Source of the DNA: Paraspadella gotoi
Taxonomy: Eukaryota > Animalia > Chaetognatha
DNA length: 64,000 bases
Assembly: GCA_051294375.1 (NCBI GenBank)
Contig: CM119265.1
Coordinates: 13,632,124 to 13,696,123, forward strand
Direction: 5' to 3'
Position 1 is the first letter of the stretch. Every line of letters starts with the position of its first letter. The notes under the pieces were generated by a model. It did no database searches, had not been told where the DNA came from, and saw nothing but the letters and a program-made list of their open reading frames with translations. This document shows, piece after piece, positions 44,520 to 57,977 of the stretch. The translations under genes were made by a program, and so were the position numbers.

Positions 44520-45618
44520 CGTTTCTTTAAATGTATTATTTTTAAGATGGATTTTTCTTTTTTGTATTTTCCCAGTTTCTTGTATTTTTTACTTGAAGGG
44601 CTGCGATTTTTTTTTTTTTTTTTGTTAACTGAAGGTTTCTCCCAGAAGATTTCAACTGAATTAGAATTAGGCATCATTACGTATAGTTTGAATCAGAGAA
44701 GAGAATTATGATGAAAAAACGTGATGAAAGACAAACTTTAATAATGATGTAAACCATAATTTATCGAATTATCAATTACGAAAAAAGCCAGGTATAGCAT
44801 CTTTACTGTACCCCAGTAAAATTTTGACGGATGAAGTTTCTTAATTCAATGACAGAACCAATTATTCGAAAACGAAGGTCGTACTAACGTTTAAGTTTAC
44901 CTCATCCAAGAAGTTAAAAGTTAAAACTTTAATATTTTTTATTAACGTTTACTATAGTGCATAATATTATTTCTTCATATTTCTGTCACTTATATACTAT
45001 TTTTTTTTTAAATCTTAAAATTTTTTTCACAAATAGGTTTCTTTCCTGATTTTTAACTTAAACGTTTTATTCTTTCATTTTGTTTTTTTTCAAGCAATTC
45101 TATGCCATTAGCAGTCAACACCTGCTAAAAATTAACCTTTCTCCTTGATAAAATAGTTATCAGATCCTTCTATTGTGACGTATTTAAAAAGATTGATTAT
45201 CATTTAAGGAATGAAAAAATACCTTAACTTAGTCATAAGGGGGGACTAAAGTAAACTAAAAGAAAGTTGTATCAATATTTTATCGTGAAAAGCTTAATTT
45301 CAAGTCAAAACTAAGAACTTATTGAAGACGAAAATCCCAGAAAATAAAGGTAGGAAAAAAGGTAAGGGATTGTGACGAAGTAGAAAAAAAGAAGTCGCCT
45401 CAAACTATTATTTTTTTCACATCTAGAATTTACCAATACATTTTAAGGAGAAGTAATTTTTAATCTTAATGAATTGTTTCATTTATTAATTTTTTATATT
45501 ACTTTATTGTTTCTTGTTTCCTGACACCTATTTCATTTATTGTTATTTGCATATTAATAATATATTATATCTTTTGACTTACATTGTATAAATTTTGTAG
45601 TCATATAAAATTATTTTA

Positions 45619-45766
45619 TTATTGACGTCTTTCAGTTTCCTGTATCCAACTTTTCCGTCTTTATTAGTTTATTATTATTATTATTTATATTATTATTATT
45701 ATTATTATTTTTTTATTATTGACGTCTTTCAGTTTCCTGTATCCAACTTTTCCGTCTTTATTAGTT
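45619..45766. repeat. ~50-bp direct duplication flanking an (ATT)n tract
   Basis: ttattgacgtctttcagtttcctgtatccaacttttccgtctttattagttt occurs twice. Confidence 0.9.
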
Positions 45767-48041
45767 TGTTAATTTCGTTTCATATTGTTTTCTTTACCAT
45801 TAATGATACCCCATTTAGTTTTGGATTTCAAGTTTTCAATATTTTTACTATGTTTCCGTAGGTTTTCAATTTTTACGATCGCAGTTAGAACGGCAAACAT
45901 TATCGAAAACTGATAATAAATTGACGACAGTCGATAACTTTTTTTCGACAAAAACGGGCATTGCTTACCAAAATAAAAAAGACGCGGCGACAGGAAATTA
46001 GAGAAAAAAATAAAGAAAGATAAGGAAAGTAGTATTTTTTACTTAAAATTCGGTAAATTTTTGAGAGTATTTTTAACATGCAATCAGGTTTGAAAATTTT
46101 TCAGTTATCGCCACTTGAGCTATAATTATCGATATATTTTACTTCAGCAAAAAGAAATTTATCTTACGTAAGTTTAAAAATTTAATTTAAAAATCTAAAA
46201 ATAAAACTGGTAAAATGTGTGTGTTTTACAATGTGTAAGAGTTAGGAGAAGTTAAATATATTTTTAAAAAACAATATATTTTCAAATTTTTAAAACCCGA
46301 CAAAATATTTTGCGATTAGCTCACTAAATAGACTTGATTTTTCGTGACGATTTTTTTAAAAGCGTCGCTTCAGGTATTAAATCTGAAATTACGTGGCACT
46401 CGCGTTGGCAGAATCACCTTTGACTCCCACGGCAAAGGTTCTGTAAACCGATTAAAAATGTGAGCGTGAGAGAGAAAGACAGAGAGAGAGAGAGAGTATC
46501 TTAATACTATTCTTGAAGCGGGTGGGTGCAAGATAATATTAATTAAAAAAATAATTTATCCACGACTAAAATTTTTAGCTATATTAAATGAAACGAGGAT
46601 TTCTGATTAATATAAATTTTGATGTATATTATTTGGAAAAATTTTTAATAATTTCAATTAGATTTAACTTTTTATTTCTTCAATGTCTTTTGATAATTTG
46701 TACTTAGAGACAAACGTGAAGTTAAGTAAATAGTGTCCCAAGGTGCAAGTAGTAAAAAAGAATGGTTTTAGCATTTTACTAAAAATAGGTAAGGGTGCAA
46801 ATAAAACTTGGAGTTGACGAAGACGACGACGACTACGGCGACGACGGGTGCCATTGTTATTCCACCCAAATTCCCTCCGTGAAGTTTACTTTTCTCTCAG
46901 AAACTGATAGTCCCAAAATTGATCCCTTCAAAACTAGTGCACTGAAAAATTTTATCCTCAAAGTTAATCGCTCAAAATTGAATTTTTAATCGGAAATTTA
47001 CTTTGTAAGTCTTGTCTAGTACCAAATATGATTTAAAAATAAAGGTACTTATCCTAGATGAAAATGCATGTGTAGTTTATAAACGTTGCATTAAATACAG
47101 AAGAAAACAATTTTACTAAATTAAAAAGATGACGATTAAGCAATGAAAAAAGTCAAAGGAAATCGAATTGTTCGGAGAGTTCTTGGATTTTGGCGACAAT
47201 CTTTCCCCTTATTTATTTAATTTAGAATCGAGGGAAAAATTTGTGGTTGTTTTGACTCTTTTCCTTTTTCTTTGAAAAAAAAAGTTTAAAATTGAATGAT
47301 TGATCGCTATTTAAAACAGAAAATTTATAGTTTATTTGCTTGTAATTTATCAACGGTCAACTAGTATGAATTTTTTAACCGACCGAGATAAAAGTATTTC
47401 ATGGATAATATTACTAATTATCACATTATCAAGGTGAAATTTCCTAAAGTTATTGCAAGTTCTCTTTCCCACTACGCCTGAACTGCCCGTCGGCAGCCCC
47501 TATTGCGACAAGATGTTCCATGCGAACCAACAGTAACTTTTGTGTCACCACGACAGCCTGCTGAATGTCTCGTTAACCAATTATCAAAACAATCAGTTAC
47601 TTACCATTTCTTAACCGCTAATTACCTCATAACAATAACCAATTCCGAGGCGAAATAAAAAAAATTAAAATACTTAGGAAATACTTACTAAATATCGAAG
47701 TAACGACTCTTTTCGGGTTTTTTTTTCGGATTTAATGACTTTTGTGTTATTTCCCCCAAAGTTAAAAAAAAGAACAAATTCAATATAAAACGTTTCCATC
47801 AAAAACGCTTCTCACTGACATCATTTATTGGCCTTTACTCATCAGTTGGATTATAGATAATTTAATATGCGGTATGTTAGCTAAAGTTATTCGTATGAAA
47901 CTGTGTATTCCGGTTCTAACGCTTTTTTTTATTAAAATCATACTAAAAATATCGAAGTGGACGTCAATTGCTGTCATATATTAAAAAATAAAGAGTGAAT
48001 GCCAAAGAGAACAAAATAACCACAGAAAAATGCAGAAACGT

Positions 48042-50278
48042 TTATTTGACAGATTCCAAATTGGCAACGATTTTTCGATGGAATTCCTTCGCCTTGAGGC
48101 GCAAATTGGCGATACTGGACGATCTGCGATCCGAACTTGTCGTTTCCGTCGCCGTTCCTATGGCTGATAGATCGACACCGGCGCTACGATTGTCTCCGAC
48201 CGTTGTGGCGATGGAAGGCGCGACAATGACGCCGCCACTTGGCCTTTGCCGCGGCGCCTCTGAGAGAGCCGAAGGAATGCCGCCAGGCGTCACAATGGGC
48301 GTTACAAGAGGCGAGCGAACGAGCGAAAGGGAGAGATCGATGGGAAAGTCCACAAAAGTGTCCAGGGAGGCATTCGCGGGAAAAGAACGTTCGAAATATC
48401 GTTGGCGATCTGAGGAGCTCGTCATGCTGAAGGGCGGACGCAGTACTCGAGAATTCTGCAGAGAGGCAGCAGGAACTGGAGCGGGAACCCGTTGCGTTTC
48501 AGATGACGATTGAGGGGTAGGAACAGTTTGCTGAATGTTAAAAGGTTCGGGATTTTGTGAGGGCGCCTGAAAAAAAAAAAAAAAAAGAGAGAAAGATAGA
48601 ATATAAAAATTAGGAAAGATAGAAATTTTTTTCTGGTCGTTTCTTATTTTATTTTTTTTTCTTAAATTTTTCTTCTTACTATTTTTGTAGTTTTATTCAC
48701 TTCCTACTTCTTTTTTTACTTAGCGGTATGTTTTCTACTTAAATATCAACCCCATCAATTATTTTTCTTGTCAGACAGTCGTCTGTTTTCATTTAAAAAG
48801 AACAAAAGAAGAAAGGACTTACTCTTGTCGATAAGATTTTACTTCCCAAATTTCTCCTCGATTCGTGGTTAGTTTCTAAGAAAAGCGGCGACGTTCCAGT
48901 AAAAGTTCTGATGCAAAAACAAAAGGCAGACGTTAATATTTTCCATCTCGAAAAGATAAAAAACTAAAACTTTATATTGGATTATGGTGAATATATATAT
49001 ATTTATATTATTTATGTATATTGTATATTGAATAGAGCAATTAATGAATTTTTTGAATTTTTCTAATTTTACGAACATTGTATTTCCTGTTTCTAGTACC
49101 CGTTTTCCCTACCTATTTTTCAATTAATTTATCTATCCTCGAATAAAAATTACCAAAAATTTTTTAAAAAATATCTTACCCTTCGTTTTGGAATATCGAA
49201 CCAAGAGCCGCAAAGCGTCCCATCGAGGGCCGGTGTCGATTCAAGGCAAGCTCTGAGCTTGCTCCGGGGTTAGCATAGAATCTGCCCGTCTCGCTAGGAT
49301 CGTGATTTGCGTTTCCTCTAGAACGCAGGACCGTCGAGCCGGCCTTGGTCCAGCTCTCCGCCGACGGCTCAGAGTTAAGAACAGATGGAATAGATACTCG
49401 AGTGTCCGTCCATGCGCCATCCGAAGCTGGATTGTAGGAGACTCCTTCGGCAATGTCGTAGCATCCAACGCCACCGAATTCTGGAGGACATACGGGGTGA
49501 CCCTGAGGGCCCACCTTTTCACGTTTCCTCCACTTTGCGCGGCGATTTTGGAACCACACCTGCAATGAGCGCAATGTAGACAATGTAGATAACATTGGGT
49601 GTTTAATGTTTATAGTTTGTATAAAATTTAAAAAACATATTATGGTATTATAAAATATTGCTTAAAATGTTAAGTGAACGTAAAGAAAGATTAAAAATTG
49701 TTATATTAATATTACCTGAACTCTTGCTTCCGTCAGACCAATCCGAATAGCCAACTCCTCTCTAAAAAAAAAAAGGTAATTTATTGGTTAAAATATTATG
49801 CCAGCTGCAATGAATCATGATTTTATTATTTTATTATCTAACCAAAAAGATCGAAATTTAAATATTGCTCTTCAGAGTGAGACTTTAAACTGCCGCAATT
49901 TCTTTATGATTAATGTCATACTGTTATTGCAGACCCAAACTTATCTTTTCCCAAGAATAACTAAATAGTAAGTACTAAGTAGCATTTTCATTTTCATTTT
50001 AAAAACTATTTTATTTATGTATACAATATACATATACATTTGTTTATTTATTCTTCAAGTTTCATAACTCTCAGGGGGCCAGTTCTCTTCCATCTTTTTA
50101 TTATTCGTGCACCAATCTTTTTAAAACATTCTTAATAAAAAAATCAAAGAATAAAAATTAATAAAGAAATGAATATAAAAATAAATACGGTACAGTATAA
50201 TAAATACTGTAAATAATAAATAATAAATAAATACACTATAGAAAAGAAGAAAATAAAGAAAGAGAAAAAGTAAGAAAA

Positions 50279-50327
<49 letters not shown>

Positions 50328-51092
50328 GGAAAGAAACAAGGAACGAAAGAAACAGAGGAATTTAACAAAGAGAGAAAATTTATAAGGACGAAAAATAAAA
50401 GAATCATCGTACCCCCAAAAAATAGAAGAAGAAAAAAAGAAGAAAGAAAAAAAAAACCAAAGACAACCTGGTAAAGACGTCTGGGTAGTGCGTACGGTGA
50501 AAGGACCTCTCCAACTCGTCCAGCTGAAATGAAGTGAAAGTCGTTCGGTAGCGACGCTGCTTTCGTTTAGACATAATGTCGTCTACATCCGGGTTTGAAC
50601 TTTGGTCCTCTTCGGCTGTAAGGCGAGTATTGCGCAAGTCATGAGAAAAATAAGAAAAATAGCAATTCTTTACCACTTTATCATGTGTAAGATTCTCCAC
50701 GTGATTGTTTTTCTTAATCTTAATTTTATAAATATAATTTTCATTACTTTTCAACGTAATTTTAAAGTTAAACTCTGGACTCAAGGAAATTCTCCAATCT
50801 CCAGTTCTCCGTCGGAAAAGATTAAAGATAATCGACCGCTCTCACCGCCTTCGTCGTCAAATTCCACGTCGTTGTCGTCGTCGGCGGATGGCGCTGCCGT
50901 CATGATCCTTCCAGCGAAAACGGAAGGCTCCTGCGGCAAAGTCGGGGGACGCAGGACAAAGAGTGGCGACGGGTAAAACGTAGTTTGTTGAAGTGGCGCT
51001 TGAAACGACTGCTGAATGACGGACGATTCTGAGTAGCGGACACGGAAATCTTTAAAATTGCTATCGTTATTGACGTCGGTGGCGTTAGACAT
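48042..51092 (-). CDS. al: Aristaless/Arx-family PRD-class (Q50) homeobox protein with C-terminal OAR domain, about 476 aa
   Basis: Exons 51092-50846, 50615-50468, 49761-49716, 49559-49180, 48907-48823, 48566-48042 (1431 nt). Homeodomain [61 protein letters not shown] followed by KVGPQGHP; [18 protein letters not shown]. Confidence 0.93.
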
Positions 51093-54000
51093 TGCTAAAA
51101 CGATAACGTTTTGGTTTCAGACGATTGATGAATACGATGGGTCGTCTAATATCGTGATTCCCAAACGTAATTAACGTCCGCCAGTCCGGTAGGTTTTAAA
51201 CCTTATACTTATAGTATATTATACTTTATTGTACAATCGTGGAAATTCGAAGTTAATCGTAGGTCGCGAAAGAAATGGGAGAGAAGGAAAGGAAAAAAAG
51301 AGAGCGATGACGAAGACTGTCGCAGGTAATCATGAAATGTCGTCGTTAATATGAGGCGACGTTACGACTTTCCTCCTCATCCTTGTTCTCAAGGAAGACC
51401 CCGCCCAAACTCAAATCATGGACCGCACACTCTCAATCCCTATTTCTTTCGCTCCATCTATTTTTAGATTTTTATTCCATAAAAAATACTCCCTTTTTCC
51501 ACACCAATTCAAACTTAAAACCACTTGATGTGGAAATTTTCCTATTTTTCAGTATACTTACATTTTTATAAACATTATTAACCATCAACTCCGCGGTGAG
51601 CTCCCACACCCCTCTGCCCAACGTAGTAATAAAATCTACCGGAGATGGACGTTGTATGATCAACTTTTTTCTCTTTCGCGTGTTCAGATTCAGTTTCGCT
51701 TCTCAAGTCGCAGCGGCATTCAGGGCAGTAAAAAATTCTACCTCGACATGACCGCAAGTACAATTTTTATTATGATTAAGCTATGTAAATATACCTGATT
51801 TTTAATTAAAAAATAAATATTGTAATTTCAAAGAATATTAAAGCTAAAATGGAAAATTAAATTTAATAATAATTCGAGGATGTCAATAACCCCAAAAAAC
51901 TTTCTTATGCCCTTTGATACTGTTTCCCTCAGTGGAAATTCAGAGGTTCTCATTGTTATCTTTATCAACACGAAATCCAAATGTTTTCCATTGACCATAA
52001 GTAAACGCTGGTTTTTTTTAAACAAAGCGTGTTCCGTTAGTAAAACAAAATGATTGTAGGCTCTGAATTATAAATGTAACAAGACATACACATTACACAA
52101 TTACAAAACCAAACTAGATTCAAAGTATTTTTACTGTTATTCAGATTTGATCGAATCCCCTGACCGCTGCAGCTGTAGAGAGAAAAAATTCGCGTGTCAA
52201 GTCATTCCGGTTTTTGATTAAATCATATTCGTTCAGATTTAATTAAAAATGTTCTCCTATTAATTAATTTTATGCATGCGCGTCTTTCAAAAACAGAATT
52301 ATCAAGAACTAAGAACTGAAAAGCCTTGCAGTTTTAAGATTTGGGTCAACATTAGTTTAATTTTTTGGTTATTTTAGAATTTTTTAAAAACCTTTAAAAA
52401 AAGTCATAGAATTTTATCACCTAACTTTGTTAATAAATTCGTAAAATTATAACCGAATGTCTTAATATATTGATTTATTTGCTTTAACGGTTAAAAGTAA
52501 GAAGTACACTGTTGTACAGGGTTGTACACATTGTACCGGGTTCGGACTTAAACTTACCCCCTTATCCCTTATCCCTTACTCACTTCGAATTAAACGGAAA
52601 GACGGAAACGTTGAGATAATCACGATTAATAGTCGGACGCTTCTGCTCTGCCACAAAAAAAGAAAAAAGAGGGTGAGGCGAGGGTGAGGCAAGGGTGTGG
52701 AACGAGCGAAGGCGAAACTGTGGCGAGTAAAAAAATTTTCGCGTAGCAGTGGTTCGGAAAATAATTTGCGAAAAAAAAACAATAAAATTTTTTTTAGTTC
52801 CTTTTATAAAATTAACCAGCATTTTTCTACTAAAATTAAATTATGGTTAGAAATTATCTATTATGCGATAATTATTTTTGAAAATTACAAATCTAGATAT
52901 TTTCATTGTCATATATCTTATGAGTTAAGGAATCACGGGTGAATCATATTAAAAAAGGAATAGCTGGGTAAAATTTTAAAACATCAAAAGTGAAAGAAGT
53001 TGCCCAAGAGAAGAAAAAAAAATTAAGAAGGTAGTTTCAGTGTTTGATTAGAAATAGACAAAGAGGGTAAGAAAAAAAGAAAACAGATCAACGAAGATGA
53101 TCGTGGACCGTGTGTCGCCTACTTGACGATCCATGTCTAACCGAACCGAAGATGGCTTAAAAACCCGTTGAATGAAGCAAATGAGATTCAGATGTCGAAG
53201 GAGCTAAAAAAGAAAAAAAAAGGAGGGAAAGAAAGAAAACGTTTCAAATCCCGGAGGCTTGGCAGGGGACAATGAATGCTTGGCTTCATAGTACAGTTCG
53301 AAGTATCAAAAATTATTCTTTCAACAATTTTAAACGAGTTTTTTTTGGAAAAGAGCAACCGTCCCTGCCAATCAGCGTAACCCGCCTAATTTCAGCTCTT
53401 CCTCAACCCCCTTCGAGGTCTCCGGGGAAAAAAAAACCCATCCTTTTCTTCGTCCCCGCTCAGTGTCATCTCGAGACAAACAATTCGCGCATTTTGCGCA
53501 AACGGAATCTTTTCCCCTCGTCTCTCCGTAAGTCTAATTGGTTTAAGGCCGACAGAAGGCCCTGAGCTTAACTTTGCTTATTGGTCGAAAAAGAGGGATC
53601 GAGGTCTTACATTGGGTGAGGTTTCTTCACTCCCTCGGTTTCAATTTTTCCTCTCCCTCTCGTCAAAAGATGAGAGAGGCTAGTCGGTTCCACCGAGCGC
53701 GGCGATGGCGGTCGGTGGCAGGGATCACACCTCCGCGAAGACGCCCTCCCTTGAAGTTCGCTACCCCCTAGGTTATTTTTAACATTTTGCGAGGTTTTCT
53801 TTACATTTACATTTTATGGTTGTTTTGAAAGGAGAAAGGACTACCACCGCCCTAATTTGCGGCTGTTATTGAAGCTTTATAATCAATCCTTTTGTATGTT
53901 TTTATTTGTGTTTAGGTATCAAAATACAACAAGTTATACATTTAGGTCATTACATACATTATATTTAAATTTTCGTACGTCTATAATACATGTAGAGTAA

Positions 54001-54685
54001 ATAAAGTAAATAATGCAATTATCCAATACAATTGTGTTGGGACCCGCCGATCCGTCCCTCCTGAAAACGCCCTTGTTGGCGAGCCGCTTCGGTCGTTCGG
54101 GGAAGCTGTCCAAATTAAAGGCAAGGATTGAATGGCGGCCGGAGTTAATAGACGATGATAAAAACTGTTTCTCTCTTTGTCTTTCTCTTTGAGTTAAAGA
54201 ATTAAAAAAATAAATACGAATTTGAAAAACCAATAAAGATACTAAAAAAAATATATATATTATATATATATGAAATTCGACGAAAGAAATGAATCGCTTC
54301 GAACGACGATCAAGAATGCAGAAAAGATCACAAATAAACAGTAAATTCTTGTGACGACGTATTAAAGTCCGAGCTCGGATATACGATTCGCTAGTCTTTA
54401 GATCTAACATTTGTACTTGTTATTTCCTTGTCTTAACTTTAATTTCAATTCCTTATGCATAATTTTTAATTTCTTACTGAACTTCTCACTTTTTTAAAAA
54501 AATCCTTTTTTTTTTTCAACACGGCAACTTATTTTATAACTCCAGCCAACAGCCAACAGCCAACAAAAGTGATTTGTTATACTTCAAATGTTTGATCTAA
54601 ATTGGATTCCCTTCATATAATGATTAACTGTTACATGCAAATTAACATATATTTATTTTTATATTGGTTGTATCAATTTCATATC

Positions 54686-54900
54686 ATGGGAGGTCCAGCT
54701 CTTTTCAGATTAAATTTAAAAAAATGTTTTTTCAGGTAAATAACAGAATAATAATATAAAAATTGGTACATTTGGAAAAATATTTCCTTTTTGGGAACCA
54801 TGACTTTCTCCACTATTTCCGCTGTAAGAATCTCGACAGTTCTGAAGGGGATGCGTAAAATATTCTGCTTCTCTATCTTACATTTTCATTAATCAGGGGG
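54686..54900 (+). mobile_element. Partial copy of the 22529-23121 MITE
   Basis: gggaggtccagctctttt start, plus shared interior motifs (aaccatgac, acagttctg.aggggatg, tgcttctctatc.tacatttt). Confidence 0.65.
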
Positions 54901-54904
54901 ATTG

Positions 54905-56240
54905 CAATAAAAACAAGTTTGAGCAAACAATGTCGGATCTGCCTACGATAATTAAGTGGTAATCAGCTAATCAGATGATAAATCACGATAATTATTTCAA
55001 TTTGTGATCCTAACTGATCATAACAGATTGTACCATAACTTACCAATACATGTAAATCGCTTGCAAGGTATTAAACTGAACTGTTAGTATGGTAAAAATA
55101 ATTATAAATAAAGTACAATAAAGTACATTTTTTTAACTCTTAAACTCGCATCATTTTTTCATCTTGCATCTTTTTTTAATTCGCTCCATTTTTTCAACTT
55201 GCGTTATTTTTTTAACTTGCATCATTTTTTAACTTGCATCATTTTTAAAATTGCATCATTTTTCACTTTAATTAATTAATTAATTAATAGACATAAAAAT
55301 AGTAATTAAAATAAATTTAAAATAATTATTATTTATTATAAAATTATAAAATTTATATTACTGAACAAAAAAATGTATATTATTTCGTAAACTGAGACTC
55401 TAGAGGGAAAACAAAATTAAATGGATTAACAAAGCACCGACCAGTGCAGTGGTAGCAAAAGTTGGTTGCGGACGTCAAATAGTACAGTTAACCAAATCAT
55501 GTTTTCGTTAAAAAAAGAATGCACTTACTGGTCAGATTTCTTTTCATGGGCCCCGCAGAATGAGAATACGATATTTTAGCTCTATAATTCACTTTGTCGG
55601 TCTGTCGGTCCGCCCCCCCAATCTTGTAAAAACATCGAATTATAATAAATTATGCAAAAAAAATTATGTCCGTCCGTCCGTCTGGATGGATGGATTGGAA
55701 TGAAATTTTGTGTGTGGTTAGGAAAGTGTATGATTGAGCTGGAAATCATGTTTCAATGGAATCGTCCGAGTGGAAATGAGTTAAAATGGGGGAAAAAAAA
55801 TTACTATTTGAAGGCCAGTTACTCATGAGTGAATGGGGCGATTGACTTTAAATTTTGTATGTGAGTTGGAAAGTGTGTGAGGAAATAAAGTTTCGATGGA
55901 ATCGTCCAAGTGGAAATTAGTTAAAATGGAAAAAACAAACAATCTATTATTCTATTTGATTATGCTTTTTTATTTTTATATTAAATGTAAATTCAAGCTG
56001 CATTAATTAATTATTAATAAATAAGTAATTAATTAGTTATTATTTGTAGTTAATTAATTAATTAATTTTGTGATCGAGATTGTTGTTTTGTGATTGAGAG
56101 GCGAGGCAAAGTGAAAAACGATTTGACACGAATAAAAAAAAATATTAATTAATTAATTTATTTATTACCTAATAAGCTGCTTACCGCTAATGATCGTGGG
56201 CAGATCCGGCATTGTTTGCTCAAACTTGTTTATTCACTAG
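54905..56240. mobile_element. Inverted-repeat-bounded region containing a Helentron/DINE-like non-autonomous element
   Basis: ~55-bp inverted repeats (acaagtttgagcaaacaatg.cggatctgcc) at 54905-54965 and 56180-56238. Interior has (GTCC)n/(GTCG)n tracts, gatggattggaatgaaattttg, a ~150-bp internal duplication, an 18-bp minisatellite (55140-55265) and (TAAT)n. Classification is by resemblance only. Confidence 0.5.
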
Positions 56241-56863
56241 TCGTCAAGACTTTACATTCCCATTATTTCCTATTATTATTAACCAATGTTCACACGTCTT
56301 TTTGTTTTCACATTCCGAAAAAAATCATATCTATCTTTTGTTTGAGAAATGATCTATTGTCCTTCCTGTAAAACGTAAACAAACAACTGACCATAGTTTT
56401 AAAAAATTTTAATTCTTGTTGGTTTTCGGTTTTTGGTTTTCTATTTTCTATTTTCTATTTTTTATTTCGTTTTAATAGGGACATATTTTTGAATTTAAAA
56501 GGACTCGTAGCAATGTTTAGACTGATTTGCATTAAAATAAATCCTAACTCAAAGACGTTTATATTTACTGAAATACTATCGTACTTCTTGGTAACCGAAT
56601 TGAACCGTGATATTTCGCTTCACAATGAAATCAAACCCCGAGTTTTCGAGACACCGTCGCTTTCAATACTCTACTTTTCGCGACCCATTTCGTGCGATTA
56701 GTTGACGGCCCCCGTTTGACGCGATTTCAAGTTCTAGTCAAGAACAAAGAATTGGGCTTTGGGTCAAGTCTCTGGCCTCTCGTCAGGGGCGGACGGCGGA
56801 GCGAGGAACTGGCGGTTTAAAGTTGTCGAGAATGTTCGGCGCGGTTCATTACTAATATTTTCA

Positions 56864-56864
<1 letters not shown>

Positions 56865-56941
<77 letters not shown>
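56865..56941. repeat. (CT)n microsatellite
   Basis: Direct observation. Confidence 0.95.
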
Positions 56942-56944
<3 letters not shown>

Positions 56945-57977
56945 TCTGGTAGCGGATAGGGTCGGCTGGGTCTGATAGGGTTCGCCAATCGAGACCATCT
57001 GTCCGTCTCGATTCTCCTCCTCCGGCAAAACCCTTCGAAGTTTTCTTCATTTCTTTGGATTACGAGCAACACTCAAGTCAAGCTTTTCGAGCTCTCCTTT
57101 GTACACGTTGGCATTGTTAAAATTCTGGATTCTGCAACTCATTGGGTTCGTACTTTTTACTTACTATATATAAAAAGCTATAAGATTTTGTTTTGTTAAT
57201 ATAATCTTTTTTCTTGGAAATCTGCAAATCACTCCTTTTAGATTCTACAATTTTCTTTGAAAATAGTTTTTCGCTCCTTTTCAGAAAAAAACCCCGAACC
57301 GAAAATGCGCAAGATAACTACTGTACCTTCAAAAAGGTTAGTTTTTATGAAACAAAAAAGTCCCGTTACTGTTGAATAACTTTATAGGTAGATGGAAGAT
57401 AACTTGAGATAAGAGATGTTAACAAACGGACGACCACCGATACGAAGTGAGCGAAAGGTGCAGACAGAGAATGAGCTTGGTATTTACCATCGATTTCAAT
57501 TCATCATGATTTCAATCTTGTCCGAGAAACATTTTTTAACCAAGGCCGAGTTTGAATTTAACCCAATATATTAAAATCGTGTGTAAAATAACCCAAGAGA
57601 TTTAAATAATTAAACATTAATTGAAAGTATTTTATTTTTAAATTTTTCACACTCCTTCATCGAAACCTTGAAGTGGCGCTGATACTTACCCCCCCCCCCA
57701 GCCCCCTATACCCATGGCCCATTACCCCCTTATGTTTTTTTTATTTTTTATCTCATGTTTTGGGTCTGATTATAAAGGGAAAAAACTTTGTGTGGTTTTT
57801 CTCGCGCGCGCCAACATTCAGAGCCACTCAGAATAGGATGATAACATTTCCGCTCGACTGCCCATCTTTTTTAAAACTTTAATTAATATATTTTTCACCG
57901 ATTTCAGTTTCTTTTGCGAAGCACGAATTTAAGAATTACTGACATTCAATTAAATTATAACACTTGTCAATTTTCAG

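Noticed and set aside
55265-56165. TAATTA clusters as Aristaless autoregulatory P3 sites
   Set aside because: They are (TAAT)n microsatellite tracts inside a repeat, and spacing is not TAAT-NNN-ATTA.
56735-57480. Candidate upstream exons for the 57978 gene (e.g. MLTNGRPPIRSERKVQTENEL)
   Set aside because: Plausible splice sites but phase did not connect to the 57978 exon; left out of the model.
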